Numbered from the stretch's first letter, positions 10,727 to 20,920 are shown. The stretch is DNA of 64,000 nucleotides from an uncultured archaeon (GCA_964525635.1 CAZGJX010000002.1:6224-70223); one strand, 5' to 3'. A program made the numbers and translations. The notes: generated by a model from the letters alone, not told the origin.

Positions 10727-11785
10727 CTACATTAATAGACCACTGATGAATTTAAAATATTCTTCAGCAGCTTTTTCCCATGAATATATCTTAACAATTT
10801 CAAGACCTCTTTCCCTCATACTTATTCTTAAATCTTGATCCTTATAAATATCGATGATTAATTCTGCTAATTTTTTATAATTAAAAGGAGGAAAATAAAT
10901 CGGAAAGTCTTTATATATTTCCCTAAATACAGGAATATCTGAACATAAAACTGGGAGTCCAGAGGAGGCAGACTCTAGCCCAGGTGCCCCCCATCCTTCG
11001 TATATAGAGGGAAAGACTAGAATATTGCATAAATTATAGATTTCTCTCAATCTATCATTAGTTATTCCATTTAAATAAATAATATTTTTTTCCAATCCCA
11101 TTTTTTTTATTAAATCTTGGAAAATTGGTTTACCAATCCGGATTAATAAAATCTTTTTTATTCTTTTTTTAACAATATAATAGGATTTTAATAATGATAG
11201 AAAATTTTTTCTCGTTTCTTCTGTTCCTACATGTAATATTTTAAAATATTCAGGATAAAATGAATTAATTTTTAATAATTTTTCATCAGATATTGGATAA
11301 AACATCTTTTTATTTATACCATTTTTAATAACTTTTATTTTTTCTTTTGGAAAACCTAATCTTTTAATCAATTCATTTTTAGTAAATTCTGATATTGCGA
11401 TAATATATCTACATTTCTTTAATCCTGAAAGTATATATTTTTGCAATAAAGAATTATTTCGAATATTTTTTTTTTCCAAAAAAGTATAAATATCATGACA
11501 AGTGACAATTGTTTTTGATTTATCAAGAAAATGTACTAAATCACTATGAAATTGAGCAGGTATATGATTAATAACTTCATTTTTATTGCTACTTAATTTA
11601 CACTGTATTGGATAATTAAAAAATCTCTTATATAAGAAATCGATTTGGTTTTTGGGTGGTTTATAGTATAAATAAGAGATTCCAATATTTCTTTGGTTTA
11701 TTAATCGTTTATCTAATTCAATTTGTCTTCTTAAGATTCCATTTATATTATCTAACTTTCTACCAATATAATTTAATATTTCCAT
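10727..11785 (-). CDS. glycosyltransferase family 4 (GT-B)
   Basis: YEGWGAPGLESASSGLPVLCSDIPVFREIY (E-x7-E region); 352 aa. Confidence 0.85.
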   Translation of the reverse strand: MEILNYIGRKLDNINGILRRQIELDKRLINQRNIGISYLYYKPPKNQIDFLYKRFFNYPIQCKLSSNKNEVINHIPAQFHSDLVHFLDKSKTIVTCHDIYTFLEKKNIRNNSLLQKYILSGLKKCRYIIAISEFTKNELIKRLGFPKEKIKVIKNGINKKMFYPISDEKLLKINSFYPEYFKILHVGTEETRKNFLSLLKSYYIVKKRIKKILLIRIGKPIFQDLIKKMGLEKNIIYLNGITNDRLREIYNLCNILVFPSIYEGWGAPGLESASSGLPVLCSDIPVFREIYKDFPIYFPPFNYKKLAELIIDIYKDQDLRISMRERGLEIVKIYSWEKAAEEYFKFISGLLM

Positions 11786-11880
11786 ATTACAATATTAAAG
11801 AAATAACATTTTTTTTATGAAATAGCAATGATATTAACCATTTAAAGAGGAGATCTTAGAAAAAATTTATTATCCTAAAA

Positions 11881-12609
11881 TTAGAGATTTAATTCTTTTT
11901 TTTGAATTTGAATTAATTCCCCTATCCCCTTTTCTCCAATATCTAAAATTCTGTTTAATTGTTTTCTGGTAAAACTATTTCCCTCAGCTGTTCCCTGAAT
12001 TTCTAAAAATTCTAAATTTTCATTCATTATAAGATTTAAATCAACATCAACTTGAGAATCTTCAATATAATTTAAGTCTAATAGGATATCATCATCTTTA
12101 ATTCCTAATGAAATCGCAGCTGTTACTTTATAATTAGGAAAGTTATGAATAAGGTGTTCATCATAAAGAAAACTAATAGCATCAAAAACAGCCATAAATG
12201 CTCCTGTTATTGAAGCACATCTTGTTCCACCATCAGCTTGAATAACATCACAATCGATTTTTATTGTTCTTTCTCCTATTTTTGTAATATCAAAAGCTGC
12301 TCGAATACTCCTTCCTATTAATCTCTGAATTTCATGTGTTCGACCTTTAACTCTTAATCTTTCTCGTTCTCTACTATTTCTATTTTGTGTAGCACGAGGG
12401 ATCATATTATATTCTGCAGTTATCCACCCGGTACCTGTATCAGATAAAAATCGTGGGACAAACTCTAATACCGAAGCAGTAACTATAACCTTAGTAAAAC
12501 CTTGTGTTATAAGTACAGATCCTTCAGGATATTTAAGATAATTACGCTCAATTGTAATTTTTCTGAGCTCATCAAATTCCCTACCATCCTTTCTTTTAAT
12601 ATTGGACAT
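11881..12609 (-). CDS. rph: ribonuclease PH (bacterial Rph-type)
   Basis: 242 aa, collinear with E. coli Rph as I recall it: GRTHEIQRLIGRSIRAAFD, IKIDCDVIQADGGTRCASITGAFMA, EIQGTAEG. Confidence 0.9.
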   Translation of the reverse strand: MSNIKRKDGREFDELRKITIERNYLKYPEGSVLITQGFTKVIVTASVLEFVPRFLSDTGTGWITAEYNMIPRATQNRNSRERERLRVKGRTHEIQRLIGRSIRAAFDITKIGERTIKIDCDVIQADGGTRCASITGAFMAVFDAISFLYDEHLIHNFPNYKVTAAISLGIKDDDILLDLNYIEDSQVDVDLNLIMNENLEFLEIQGTAEGNSFTRKQLNRILDIGEKGIGELIQIQKKELNL

Positions 12610-12885
12610 AATAATTTACATATTTATTATTCTTTATTGTATCAATAAAAAAAAAGAAAATAAAATCTTAAATATATAAAACAGAAAATATTAATATATT
12701 TTTACAAAGCAAATAGTATATGATAATAACTTTTTTTTTTTATTCCAAATTTATGTCTTCCAAATTCTAGATTTTAATAATTATTTTAATAGACTAACTA
12801 GAAAAATATGAAGATTATTTAAAAAGCTATAAAATCTAAAAATAAATTCAGATAATTTTCTTGTAAAATTTCTCATAATATGAAT

Positions 12886-13998
12886 TTATTGAGAATCTTT
12901 ATACATAGGATAAGATCCTAATACTTTGTACCAAATCACATTTTCTTCTATTTTTTCAATTACTTTTTTAATTTCAATATCATTTTTATGGCCTTCAAAA
13001 TCCATAAGGAAAATATATTCCCATCTTCCTCTTCTCCTAGGTCGAGATTCAATTTTCATTAGATTGATATTAGCTTCTGCAAATAATTTTAAAACCGAAT
13101 ATAATGCTCCTGGTTTATGTTTTGTTACATATAATATTGAAGTTTTAATTTTACCATCTTTTATTCGATTTTCTTTTTTTGAAATAATAATAAAGCGAGT
13201 AAAATTAGATGGACTATCTTCGATTTTTGAACTAAGAATCTTTAATCCATATACTGAAGCAGCAAATTCGGTTCCAATAGCTGCATTGGAGGTATCTCCC
13301 AGCTTTTTTATTTTATGTATTGCTTCAGCAGTTGATTCTGTATTGACTGTTTTAGCCAATGGTAAATTGTTTTTTATCCATGATCTAGTTTGGGCAAATG
13401 CTTGAGGATGTGAATATATTTTTTTTATTTTTGTTAAATCAGAATTCTTATCTGCGATCAAATTTTGACTTATTCTTAACTCAGTTTCGCCAAAAATGGA
13501 AATCTCCTTCTCTATTAATTGATCTAAAGTTTCTCTAACAGTTCCTTGGAGACTATTCTCAATGGGAACTACAGCAAATTCCAATATACCTTTTTCAATA
13601 TCTTCAAAAATAGTAGATATACTTTTATATGCAATAAGATCTGAACTTGTTTTAGGAAAAAATTCTAAAGCGGCCTGATGAGTAAAAGTACCTTTGGGCC
13701 CAAGATATCCAATTTTAATAATTGAACCTTGAATTAATTTGCATGCACCAATAATTTCTTTCCAAATTGCTTCAATACTAGCTGGTTTTATTACTTTTGA
13801 TAATTTTTTTACGTTATTTATAACTTTTATTTCTCGTTCTGGTTGATATGTGTCTAAATTTAACTTGTTTTTAATTTCCCCTATTTTTAATACAATATCT
13901 GCTCTATTATTTAATAATTTCACTAATTCATTATCAATTTCATTTATTTCTTCTCTAAGTTTATCAAGATTATGTTTAAGTTCTTCTTTATCTACCAT
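12886..13998 (-). CDS. pheA: bifunctional chorismate mutase / prephenate dehydratase (P-protein)
   Basis: N-terminal CM helix LREEINEIDNELVKLLNNRADIVLKIGEIK. PDT motifs IGYLGPKGTFTHQAA and FTRF. C-terminal ACT domain with ESRP. Confidence 0.9.
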   Translation of the reverse strand: MVDKEELKHNLDKLREEINEIDNELVKLLNNRADIVLKIGEIKNKLNLDTYQPEREIKVINNVKKLSKVIKPASIEAIWKEIIGACKLIQGSIIKIGYLGPKGTFTHQAALEFFPKTSSDLIAYKSISTIFEDIEKGILEFAVVPIENSLQGTVRETLDQLIEKEISIFGETELRISQNLIADKNSDLTKIKKIYSHPQAFAQTRSWIKNNLPLAKTVNTESTAEAIHKIKKLGDTSNAAIGTEFAASVYGLKILSSKIEDSPSNFTRFIIISKKENRIKDGKIKTSILYVTKHKPGALYSVLKLFAEANINLMKIESRPRRRGRWEYIFLMDFEGHKNDIEIKKVIEKIEENVIWYKVLGSYPMYKDSQ

Positions 13999-14029
13999 TA
14001 TTGTTTTCCCTTTTTTTGAATATTAATTA

Positions 14030-15706
14030 TTAAATCAACATTTGTAGATTTAATTCTAATGCTGAAACAGGAAATTCTAATTTAAAGTTTATTAATACTT
14101 CTGGATGAATTTCTCCAATTTCTCCAATTTTTATACCTTTAAGATAAATATCTCCACATCGCCCAATAAGATATGATGAATTTTCGTTTGGTTTAATCTC
14201 AGAATCATTATGATAACCTAATGTATTCATGATAAAATCCAAAGTTGATTTTATTTCTGTGTAATCTGCATTTTCATGATAAGAACTTACAGCTAAATGT
14301 AATTCTCTTTTAGCCCCAGTTTCTTCGTTAGAGGATAAAGATATAACATCTCCAACTTCAAAAATTCTGATAGGTTTTTCTTCTGATCTATTGAAAAGCA
14401 GCGTCTCCATCAATTTTGGCAGTAGTGTTGTTCTTGTAGTATTATATTCCTCAGATACAGGATTTGCAATCTTTAAGATTTTAATTTCATCTTCCTCTTG
14501 GTTCATATATCCATATTGTCTTGTTTTATTAGTTAAAATAAAATTCAATACTTCAATATATCCTGCTCCAATCATTATAGTTCTAATTTTATTAGCAAAT
14601 TTTTGAATAGGATGATATTCTCCAATACATCCTTCTCTAATTCTTTTTGGTAAATTAAAATATCCATATCCTATAGCACATTCTTCTGTAAAATCAACAG
14701 GATGCATAATATCCCCTCGAAATGCAGGAACCCATATATCTAGATTGTCTTTCTTATTCGACTTTTTAGCATTCATTCTGACCTTTTCAAAACATTTAAT
14801 CATCTCAGTAGGAGATAAATTTAATCCAATATAATCATTAACATAATTTATTGAGACTTCCCATTTTTTAGCTTCTAAATTAGGTGTTATTATCTCCTTT
14901 TCATTTTCATAATTAACTTTAACACTCTCTATTTTAGCACCCATATCTGATAATGTTGTTGAAAGAATATTCAATGCTAAATTAACTGCTTTGAAATCGG
15001 TTCCTGTTAATTCTAAAAATAAGTTTTTTGTATCATCTGTAACTGTTGTAAGAATTCCATTAATGATTGGAGGAAATGAAATTACTTCATCTTTATTATC
15101 TAAGAGAATGGGATAAAGATCATTCCCTTCTAATATGTGTGCATATTTAATTCCTTTTTCATGATACTTTAAAATCTCATTTAAATCCATCGGTTGGCCA
15201 TCTCCTTGTAATGGTATAAAATTTATTGAATCTGGTTTTACTGCTAAATATCTATATGGTGGAGTAATCTTATCAAGATCATGTACACCAATTGCTACTT
15301 TTTTCCGATCTCTTCCAACTGCCCAGTGCAAGTGTTCTTGTATATTCATAAGAGTCGCAACCTCATCTTCATCCAGATCAATATTTCTTATAACGCCACA
15401 TACAATATATGGTCTAACCTCTTTTACAGTTGATTCTACACTCATCTTTATTTTTCCAGCTAATATCTCAAAATTTGGGATACCTAATTTAAGGTCATAA
15501 TATCCCTGAAGTGCTCTTGCAATTCCTTCAGGACTAGAAAAATCTGGTCTATTAGGATTGTATTCAACCTTAATCTTTTGTTCTTCTTCATTAATATCTT
15601 CTAAATCTAAACTAATCCACTGTAAATCGTATTCCAAGTCGTTTAAAGATAATTTTTTTCCTACTAATTTTTCCAATCTTTCAATTTTTAATTCTAATGT
15701 TGGCAT
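14030..15706 (-). CDS. pheT: phenylalanine--tRNA ligase beta subunit (archaeal/eukaryotic type)
   Basis: 558 aa. The MPTLELKIERLEKLVGK N-terminus and overall length are typical of the archaeal beta subunit. It starts 18 nt after the pheS stop, with a GAGGT SD. Confidence 0.92.
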   Translation of the reverse strand: MPTLELKIERLEKLVGKKLSLNDLEYDLQWISLDLEDINEEEQKIKVEYNPNRPDFSSPEGIARALQGYYDLKLGIPNFEILAGKIKMSVESTVKEVRPYIVCGVIRNIDLDEDEVATLMNIQEHLHWAVGRDRKKVAIGVHDLDKITPPYRYLAVKPDSINFIPLQGDGQPMDLNEILKYHEKGIKYAHILEGNDLYPILLDNKDEVISFPPIINGILTTVTDDTKNLFLELTGTDFKAVNLALNILSTTLSDMGAKIESVKVNYENEKEIITPNLEAKKWEVSINYVNDYIGLNLSPTEMIKCFEKVRMNAKKSNKKDNLDIWVPAFRGDIMHPVDFTEECAIGYGYFNLPKRIREGCIGEYHPIQKFANKIRTIMIGAGYIEVLNFILTNKTRQYGYMNQEEDEIKILKIANPVSEEYNTTRTTLLPKLMETLLFNRSEEKPIRIFEVGDVISLSSNEETGAKRELHLAVSSYHENADYTEIKSTLDFIMNTLGYHNDSEIKPNENSSYLIGRCGDIYLKGIKIGEIGEIHPEVLINFKLEFPVSALELNLQMLI

Positions 15707-15724
15707 TATTTAAACCTCTAATTT

Positions 15725-17263
15725 TTAATATGATTCCTCTCTTAACCATTTTATTGGATTAATATATAAATCTCTGATATCTGCTCGTTGGAACCTAAGC
15801 ATAGCTAACCTTTCAAGACCTAAACCCCAAGCAAGTACTCTAGTTGGATTCTTTATACCCCATGGATAAGTAACCTCTGGTCTGAAAATCCCTGAGCCTC
15901 CCATTTCCAACCATTCTCCTAATTTATCATAATATACTGATATCTCCATACTGGGCTCTGTATATGGAAAGAATCCTGGACGTGTGATAATCTTTTCAAA
16001 ACCCATTTTTTTATAAAATTCAGAAATAATTCCAATTAAATCACATAAAGTTACGTTCTCATCAATAACAATTCCCTCAATTTGCGTAAATTCAGCTAAA
16101 TGAGATTTATCTACTTTTTCATTCCTAAAGACACGATCAATAGAGAATACTTTTATAGGAGGTTTTTCATTATTTTTATAATACTCCGAAAGTCTACGGA
16201 TTGTTGTTGCTGTTGTATGGGTTCTCAATAGAGTTTTCTTTGCAATATCCTCGTCCCAATTATAACCCCAACCAATAGATCCTGAATTCCCTCCATTTTC
16301 ATGAGTATCTCTTATAGCCTGAATAGAACTTTTTTGTGGTAATTTTGATTCTTTTGGATTATTTAAATAAAATGTGTCATGTAATTCTCTTGCAGGATGA
16401 TCTTGGGGTTGAAATAAAGCATCAAAATTGAAGAAAGCACTTTCAACAATTGGACCTCTAATTTCTGTAAAGCCCATTGATAAGAAAATCTCTCTAATTT
16501 CATTAATAAAGTTTATCATTGGATGGATTTTTCCACTTTGTAATAATGGACCTGGTTTTGAAATATCAAATGGTTTTAAGTCACAATCTTTCCAGCTACC
16601 AGATAATATCATTTCTGAAGTTAATTTACTTACTTGTTTTAATTCTTGAATTTTAGATAATGATATTTTTTTTCCTTTCTCAGTTAGATATATTTTTCTT
16701 TGGATTTTTTTTTCCTTTTTTATTAATTGCCTTTTATTGAGTAAATCAAAAAATTCCTTCTCTTTTTCTAAAATCTTATCATAATCGACTTTTGTATCAG
16801 TTTTAAATCTCATTAAGAAACCTTCTAATTCAGTCTCGGGATATTTTTCTTCAATAGGGAAAATTTTAGACCCCGCAGATGCGTTACTTTGAGCTATCCA
16901 TTTGTTTTTCTTCATATATGAGATTCCAATATAAAATAATTTCTTATTAAAATTAGAGAGTTTTAGAAAATCTTGTAATGTTATTTCTTTAATATCTTCT
17001 TTTAATAATATATTAAGTAATTGTCTTTCTGGAAGACCATTTTTTAAATAAAATTTCCCTTCTTTATTTAGTAATATTTGATTTATTATCTCTTCTTTGA
17101 AATCTCCAAGAGTATTCTTCTTTAATTCATTAATAGCAGACATTAATACAATATAATCGATATTTAATTCATTTGCAAATTCAGATGCTACAATTAAATC
17201 GGTCTTTTTATTCTTAAGTTCTTTTAAGATGTTTATTGTCTGCTTTTCTAGTTTTATTGTCAT
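15725..17263 (-). CDS. pheS: phenylalanine--tRNA ligase alpha subunit
   Basis: HPARELHDTFYL, motif 2 FRNEKVDKSHLAEFTQIEG, motif 3 GLGLERLAML. Confidence 0.93.
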   Translation of the reverse strand: MTIKLEKQTINILKELKNKKTDLIVASEFANELNIDYIVLMSAINELKKNTLGDFKEEIINQILLNKEGKFYLKNGLPERQLLNILLKEDIKEITLQDFLKLSNFNKKLFYIGISYMKKNKWIAQSNASAGSKIFPIEEKYPETELEGFLMRFKTDTKVDYDKILEKEKEFFDLLNKRQLIKKEKKIQRKIYLTEKGKKISLSKIQELKQVSKLTSEMILSGSWKDCDLKPFDISKPGPLLQSGKIHPMINFINEIREIFLSMGFTEIRGPIVESAFFNFDALFQPQDHPARELHDTFYLNNPKESKLPQKSSIQAIRDTHENGGNSGSIGWGYNWDEDIAKKTLLRTHTTATTIRRLSEYYKNNEKPPIKVFSIDRVFRNEKVDKSHLAEFTQIEGIVIDENVTLCDLIGIISEFYKKMGFEKIITRPGFFPYTEPSMEISVYYDKLGEWLEMGGSGIFRPEVTYPWGIKNPTRVLAWGLGLERLAMLRFQRADIRDLYINPIKWLREESY

Positions 17264-17640
17264 TTTATAAGATTATATTTATTCTAAATCTAGGTATATT
17301 CTTTCTAAATTATCAATTTATTTAAATTTTTTGCTATAAATGCGTCTATCTTTAATTAGATTGGATATAAATTGAATTATCTTTGACTAGGATTATTTTA
17401 AATTTGAAATATTGAAATTATTAAGTTTTAATTACGATATTACTATAATTTGCAACCAAGAGAATGATCTTAAATTCAATCTCTTGGCGGAATAAAGAAT
17501 TTAAAGAAAGTTATATCTTGAACTGAATTAATTTAGAAATTAACACCTTTCGAAAAAAAAACTATATTCAATTCGAAATACATTTATACTTATCAAGGAA
17601 ATTAATAAATTCTCTTGAAAAATTTTTTCAATAAATCAGA

Positions 17641-18093
17641 TTATTTAATTAGATTTATTCTAATACTAGTAGAACTTATTTTTTCATTCCTTTCATTTTT
17701 TATATCAGGAATTACGATAATTATTAACAGTTTAAATCCTTTTTTTTTCCTTATTTCATTTATTTCCAAAGCATTCTTATAAGTTTCTCCACTAACAACT
17801 ATTCCTTCAAAATCTTCATCATTTATAGGAGGACCATAAGGAGTATCTAATTCTATTATCTCTACCTTATTTAAATTTGTTATAGTTTTAATGTATCCTT
17901 CTATTTTTTCTTTTCGAGTCTTATAACTTTCGATTTTTGATACATATCTTTTATTTATCAATAATTCATCGGTTGCTAGACCTATAACAACTTTTTTTGA
18001 GAAATCTAAAGCTGTTTTAATTAAAAATTTATGTCCTTCATGAAGATGATCAAAAGTTCCCCCTATACCTACCAAATCTAAAATTTTAATCAC
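17641..18093 (-). CDS. phosphopantetheine adenylyltransferase, archaeal type (cytidylyltransferase fold)
   Basis: GGTFDHLHEGHKFLI (HxGH motif), VVSGETYKNALEINEIRKKKG, ISSTSIR; 150 aa. Confidence 0.78.
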   Translation of the reverse strand: MIKILDLVGIGGTFDHLHEGHKFLIKTALDFSKKVVIGLATDELLINKRYVSKIESYKTRKEKIEGYIKTITNLNKVEIIELDTPYGPPINDEDFEGIVVSGETYKNALEINEIRKKKGFKLLIIIVIPDIKNERNEKISSTSIRINLIK

Positions 18094-18145
18094 CTTTTTT
18101 AAAAATGAAGGAATCTAAAAAGAATTAAAGAAATATATTTTCAAA

Positions 18146-18568
18146 TCAAGAATTTTTTATGGATATATTTTCTTTTTCATTGGAAATTGTTGAACCTTTT
18201 AATTTTATACAGTAAATTTGAGTTATTTCCATGGAATTATAACATTTATCACAATTTTCAATTTTTTTATAAACATAATCTCCTTCTTCATAATGCCTTA
18301 CTTTTGTAATATTACATTTTTTGCATTTTGTAATTGTTAAGGTTTGTCTCTTTGGTTCAGAAGGTTCACTTTGTATTTGCAATAAACTACTTCCAAAACA
18401 AATAAATGTGAAGCCTATGATATATTTATAAGCGTCATTCTCAATGATTGGACTGATAATAAATACTCCTCCTAAAATTATGAAAATTATAATAACAACA
18501 TGTTTTAATACTTTCTTCCAAGATATCTTATTATTTAAGATATCATCTTCATTTTCTTCTTCAATCAT
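18146..18568 (-). CDS. hypothetical membrane protein with C-terminal zinc ribbon
   Basis: Two TM helices, then CKKC-x20-CDKC. Confidence 0.45.
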   Translation of the reverse strand: MIEEENEDDILNNKISWKKVLKHVVIIIFIILGGVFIISPIIENDAYKYIIGFTFICFGSSLLQIQSEPSEPKRQTLTITKCKKCNITKVRHYEEGDYVYKKIENCDKCYNSMEITQIYCIKLKGSTISNEKENISIKNS

Positions 18569-18693
18569 ACAATATATACGCTATAGTTTCTCTTTATCTT
18601 ATAATAGAAAAGATTATATGATTAAATAAATTTTGTTATTATAAAAAGATACAATTCATATTTGAATTTTAAAAAAGGTTAAGGATAATAAAT

Positions 18694-19848
18694 ATGATTA
18701 TTCAATTGATGGGGCTATTTGGTGGTGGTGATAGTACAGATCCAGTGGGATTAACAATTAATCTATTGTTCTTTGGATTTTTCATCATAATGATGTTTTA
18801 TGCACAAAAATTACAAGCGTGGCAAGCAAGTAAGCAAATTCAAGCAGCTTTAGAAAAATTAGAAACTTGGGATGAAGAAAGTAAACAAATTCTACTAATT
18901 CAATATAGCAAATTTTCAGATGAAAAAGAAACAGATAAAGATATTATGATGAAACTTGAGGATCTTATGACATTTGTAACAATCGGTCCCGTAGATCTTG
19001 ATCCTTATGGTATAATTCCTAAATTTGATCATATTGTCGATGTTAGAAATAATCGTTTTGAGAATGAAGTTATGAAAATAGCTACCAAAGCAAATGATGT
19101 TCAATGTCAAAATCTTGAAAATTTGTTGGAAGCTGCTATGGCTGTTAATTTGATTTATCGTTTAATAAAGCATTATTTAATTTTAGGAAAGAAGTCTAAA
19201 TCTATGATTTTATTAATGTCAATCTCTATGCAACTTAATATTATTATGGGTTTGGCTAAGTCTTATTATAATGCAGCAAAAGCTTTCTCGGAGGGAAGTC
19301 CAATAGGTGATGGACTAGGTCCAATGGTTGTAGGAAGTTTGATAAGAGAAATAGTAAAAGATGTCGATATACCCCCTATTGATATAGCTAAACAGACTAT
19401 CTATCAAGAACTTGATTTTGAAGGAAGAACATTATTTGTTCTTAGAGCCAAAGGTCCCGGTGGAACTGTTGGAAAACCAGGAACTGCCATGAAAAAATTA
19501 GTTGAAAAATATAGTGATTCAATATCACTTATAATTACTATTGATGCAGGTCTTAAGTTTGAAGGAGAAAAAACAGGTTCTGTTGTAATAGGAGTTGGTG
19601 CTGCTATTGGAGGGATTGGTATAGAAAAATATTATATGGAAGAATCATCAACAGGAAAGTCAATACCTATTGAAGCATTGATCTGCAAACAATCTTTAGA
19701 AGATGCGATTACTACTATGAATCGTTCAATAACTCAATCTGTTCCAAAAATAGTAGAAAAAATAAAAACAGCTATAAGAGAACGTACTAAGGAAGGAACA
19801 AAAGTAATTATAGCAGGTATTGGAAATACTATTGGTATTGGAGTATAA
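18694..19848 (+). CDS. conserved archaeal membrane-anchored protein (possibly DUF1512-like)
   Basis: N-terminal TM helix plus Gly-rich motifs GPGGTVGKPG, GVGAAIGGIG and IAGIGNTIGIG. The family assignment is from memory only. Confidence 0.45.
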   Translation: MIIQLMGLFGGGDSTDPVGLTINLLFFGFFIIMMFYAQKLQAWQASKQIQAALEKLETWDEESKQILLIQYSKFSDEKETDKDIMMKLEDLMTFVTIGPVDLDPYGIIPKFDHIVDVRNNRFENEVMKIATKANDVQCQNLENLLEAAMAVNLIYRLIKHYLILGKKSKSMILLMSISMQLNIIMGLAKSYYNAAKAFSEGSPIGDGLGPMVVGSLIREIVKDVDIPPIDIAKQTIYQELDFEGRTLFVLRAKGPGGTVGKPGTAMKKLVEKYSDSISLIITIDAGLKFEGEKTGSVVIGVGAAIGGIGIEKYYMEESSTGKSIPIEALICKQSLEDAITTMNRSITQSVPKIVEKIKTAIRERTKEGTKVIIAGIGNTIGIGV

Positions 19849-19969
19849 TCTTATCTCTTCAAAATCTCTTTTCTCTAATATTATTTTATAAAAAACAGCT
19901 CAATTTTTAGATTTTAATTGATTAAATTATTAATTTTCCTTTAATAATATTCATTTGGAATATGTTTAA

Positions 19970-20791
19970 TTGGATTATAGATTGTTGATTATGATTTCAA
20001 GCAAAAAAGAATTAGAAATAATAAAAGATAAAGAAGTCTTTTTTTTTGATTTGGATGGAACAATATATTTGGGAAATAAACTATTTGATAAAGTCCTTGA
20101 TTTAGTTAATATATTAAAAAGTAGAAAAGATACAAAATTTTTTTTCTTATCAAATAATTCGAGTAAATCAACTTATGATTATTTAACAAAATTAAATAAT
20201 TACAATTTAGATATAACTATCGATAACATCATTCTATCACAACATCCTGTTATATATTACTTAAAAAATGAAGGTTATAAGAAAATCTTTTTAATGGGAA
20301 CTACTTCATTAAAGGAAGAATTCAAAAAAGAAGGTTTTCAATTGACTGAAGAAATCCCTGAAATTTTAATATTAGCTTTTGATCAAGAATTAACTTATGA
20401 AAGACTTGTAAAAGCATCAAGATTTCTGGAAAATGATATTCCGTATATTGCAACTCATCTAGATGATAGATGTCCAACTGAAAATGGATATATTCCAGAT
20501 GCAGGGGGATTTGCATCTCTTTTATACAAAACTACAGAAAGAATGCCAAGAGTTTTTGGAAAACCCAATAAAGAAATGTTATTATTTAAACTTCAAAAAT
20601 TAGGAATTTCTCCCAAAAAAGCTATTATGTTTGGAGATAGACTTTATACTGATATAAAGATGGGTATAAATTCCGGTATTACGACCTGTTGTGTTCTCTC
20701 AGGTGAAACTAACCTCGATATGATTCAAGTAAGTGAAAATAAACCAGATCTAGTAATTGAAGGTGTCTGGAACTTATTAGATATATTATAA
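19970..20791 (+). CDS. HAD-superfamily hydrolase, subfamily IIA (NagD/phosphatase-like)
   Basis: Motif I FFFDLDGTIY, motif II LSNNS, K in GKPNKEM, motif IV GDRLYTDI. The start may be ATG 19991. Confidence 0.85.
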   Translation: MDYRLLIMISSKKELEIIKDKEVFFFDLDGTIYLGNKLFDKVLDLVNILKSRKDTKFFFLSNNSSKSTYDYLTKLNNYNLDITIDNIILSQHPVIYYLKNEGYKKIFLMGTTSLKEEFKKEGFQLTEEIPEILILAFDQELTYERLVKASRFLENDIPYIATHLDDRCPTENGYIPDAGGFASLLYKTTERMPRVFGKPNKEMLLFKLQKLGISPKKAIMFGDRLYTDIKMGINSGITTCCVLSGETNLDMIQVSENKPDLVIEGVWNLLDIL

Positions 20792-20882
20792 TAAAATTAT
20801 GTTTTTAATCCTCTTTTTAGGCAGAAAATAAATCATTTTTTACAATATCTATTTATATTTTTTACTAAATGTTAAATTTAAT

Positions 20883-20920
20883 AAGCTTTGCACTATCATG
20901 CACTCTGTGATACAAAGCTT
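20883..20920. promoter_or_regulatory. perfect 8-bp inverted repeat AAGCTTTG-N22-CAAAGCTT, candidate operator upstream of the 21001-22679 operon
   Basis: Read directly from the sequence. The spacer contains a GCACT...GCACT direct repeat. The element is relatively GC-rich for this intergenic region and lies about 80 nt upstream of ATG 21001. Confidence 0.3.

Noticed and set aside
12926-13405. 159-aa plus-strand ORF in the track
   Set aside because: It is entirely antisense to the well-supported pheA and its sequence is low-complexity and hydrophobic. This is the typical shadow ORF of an AT-rich gene.
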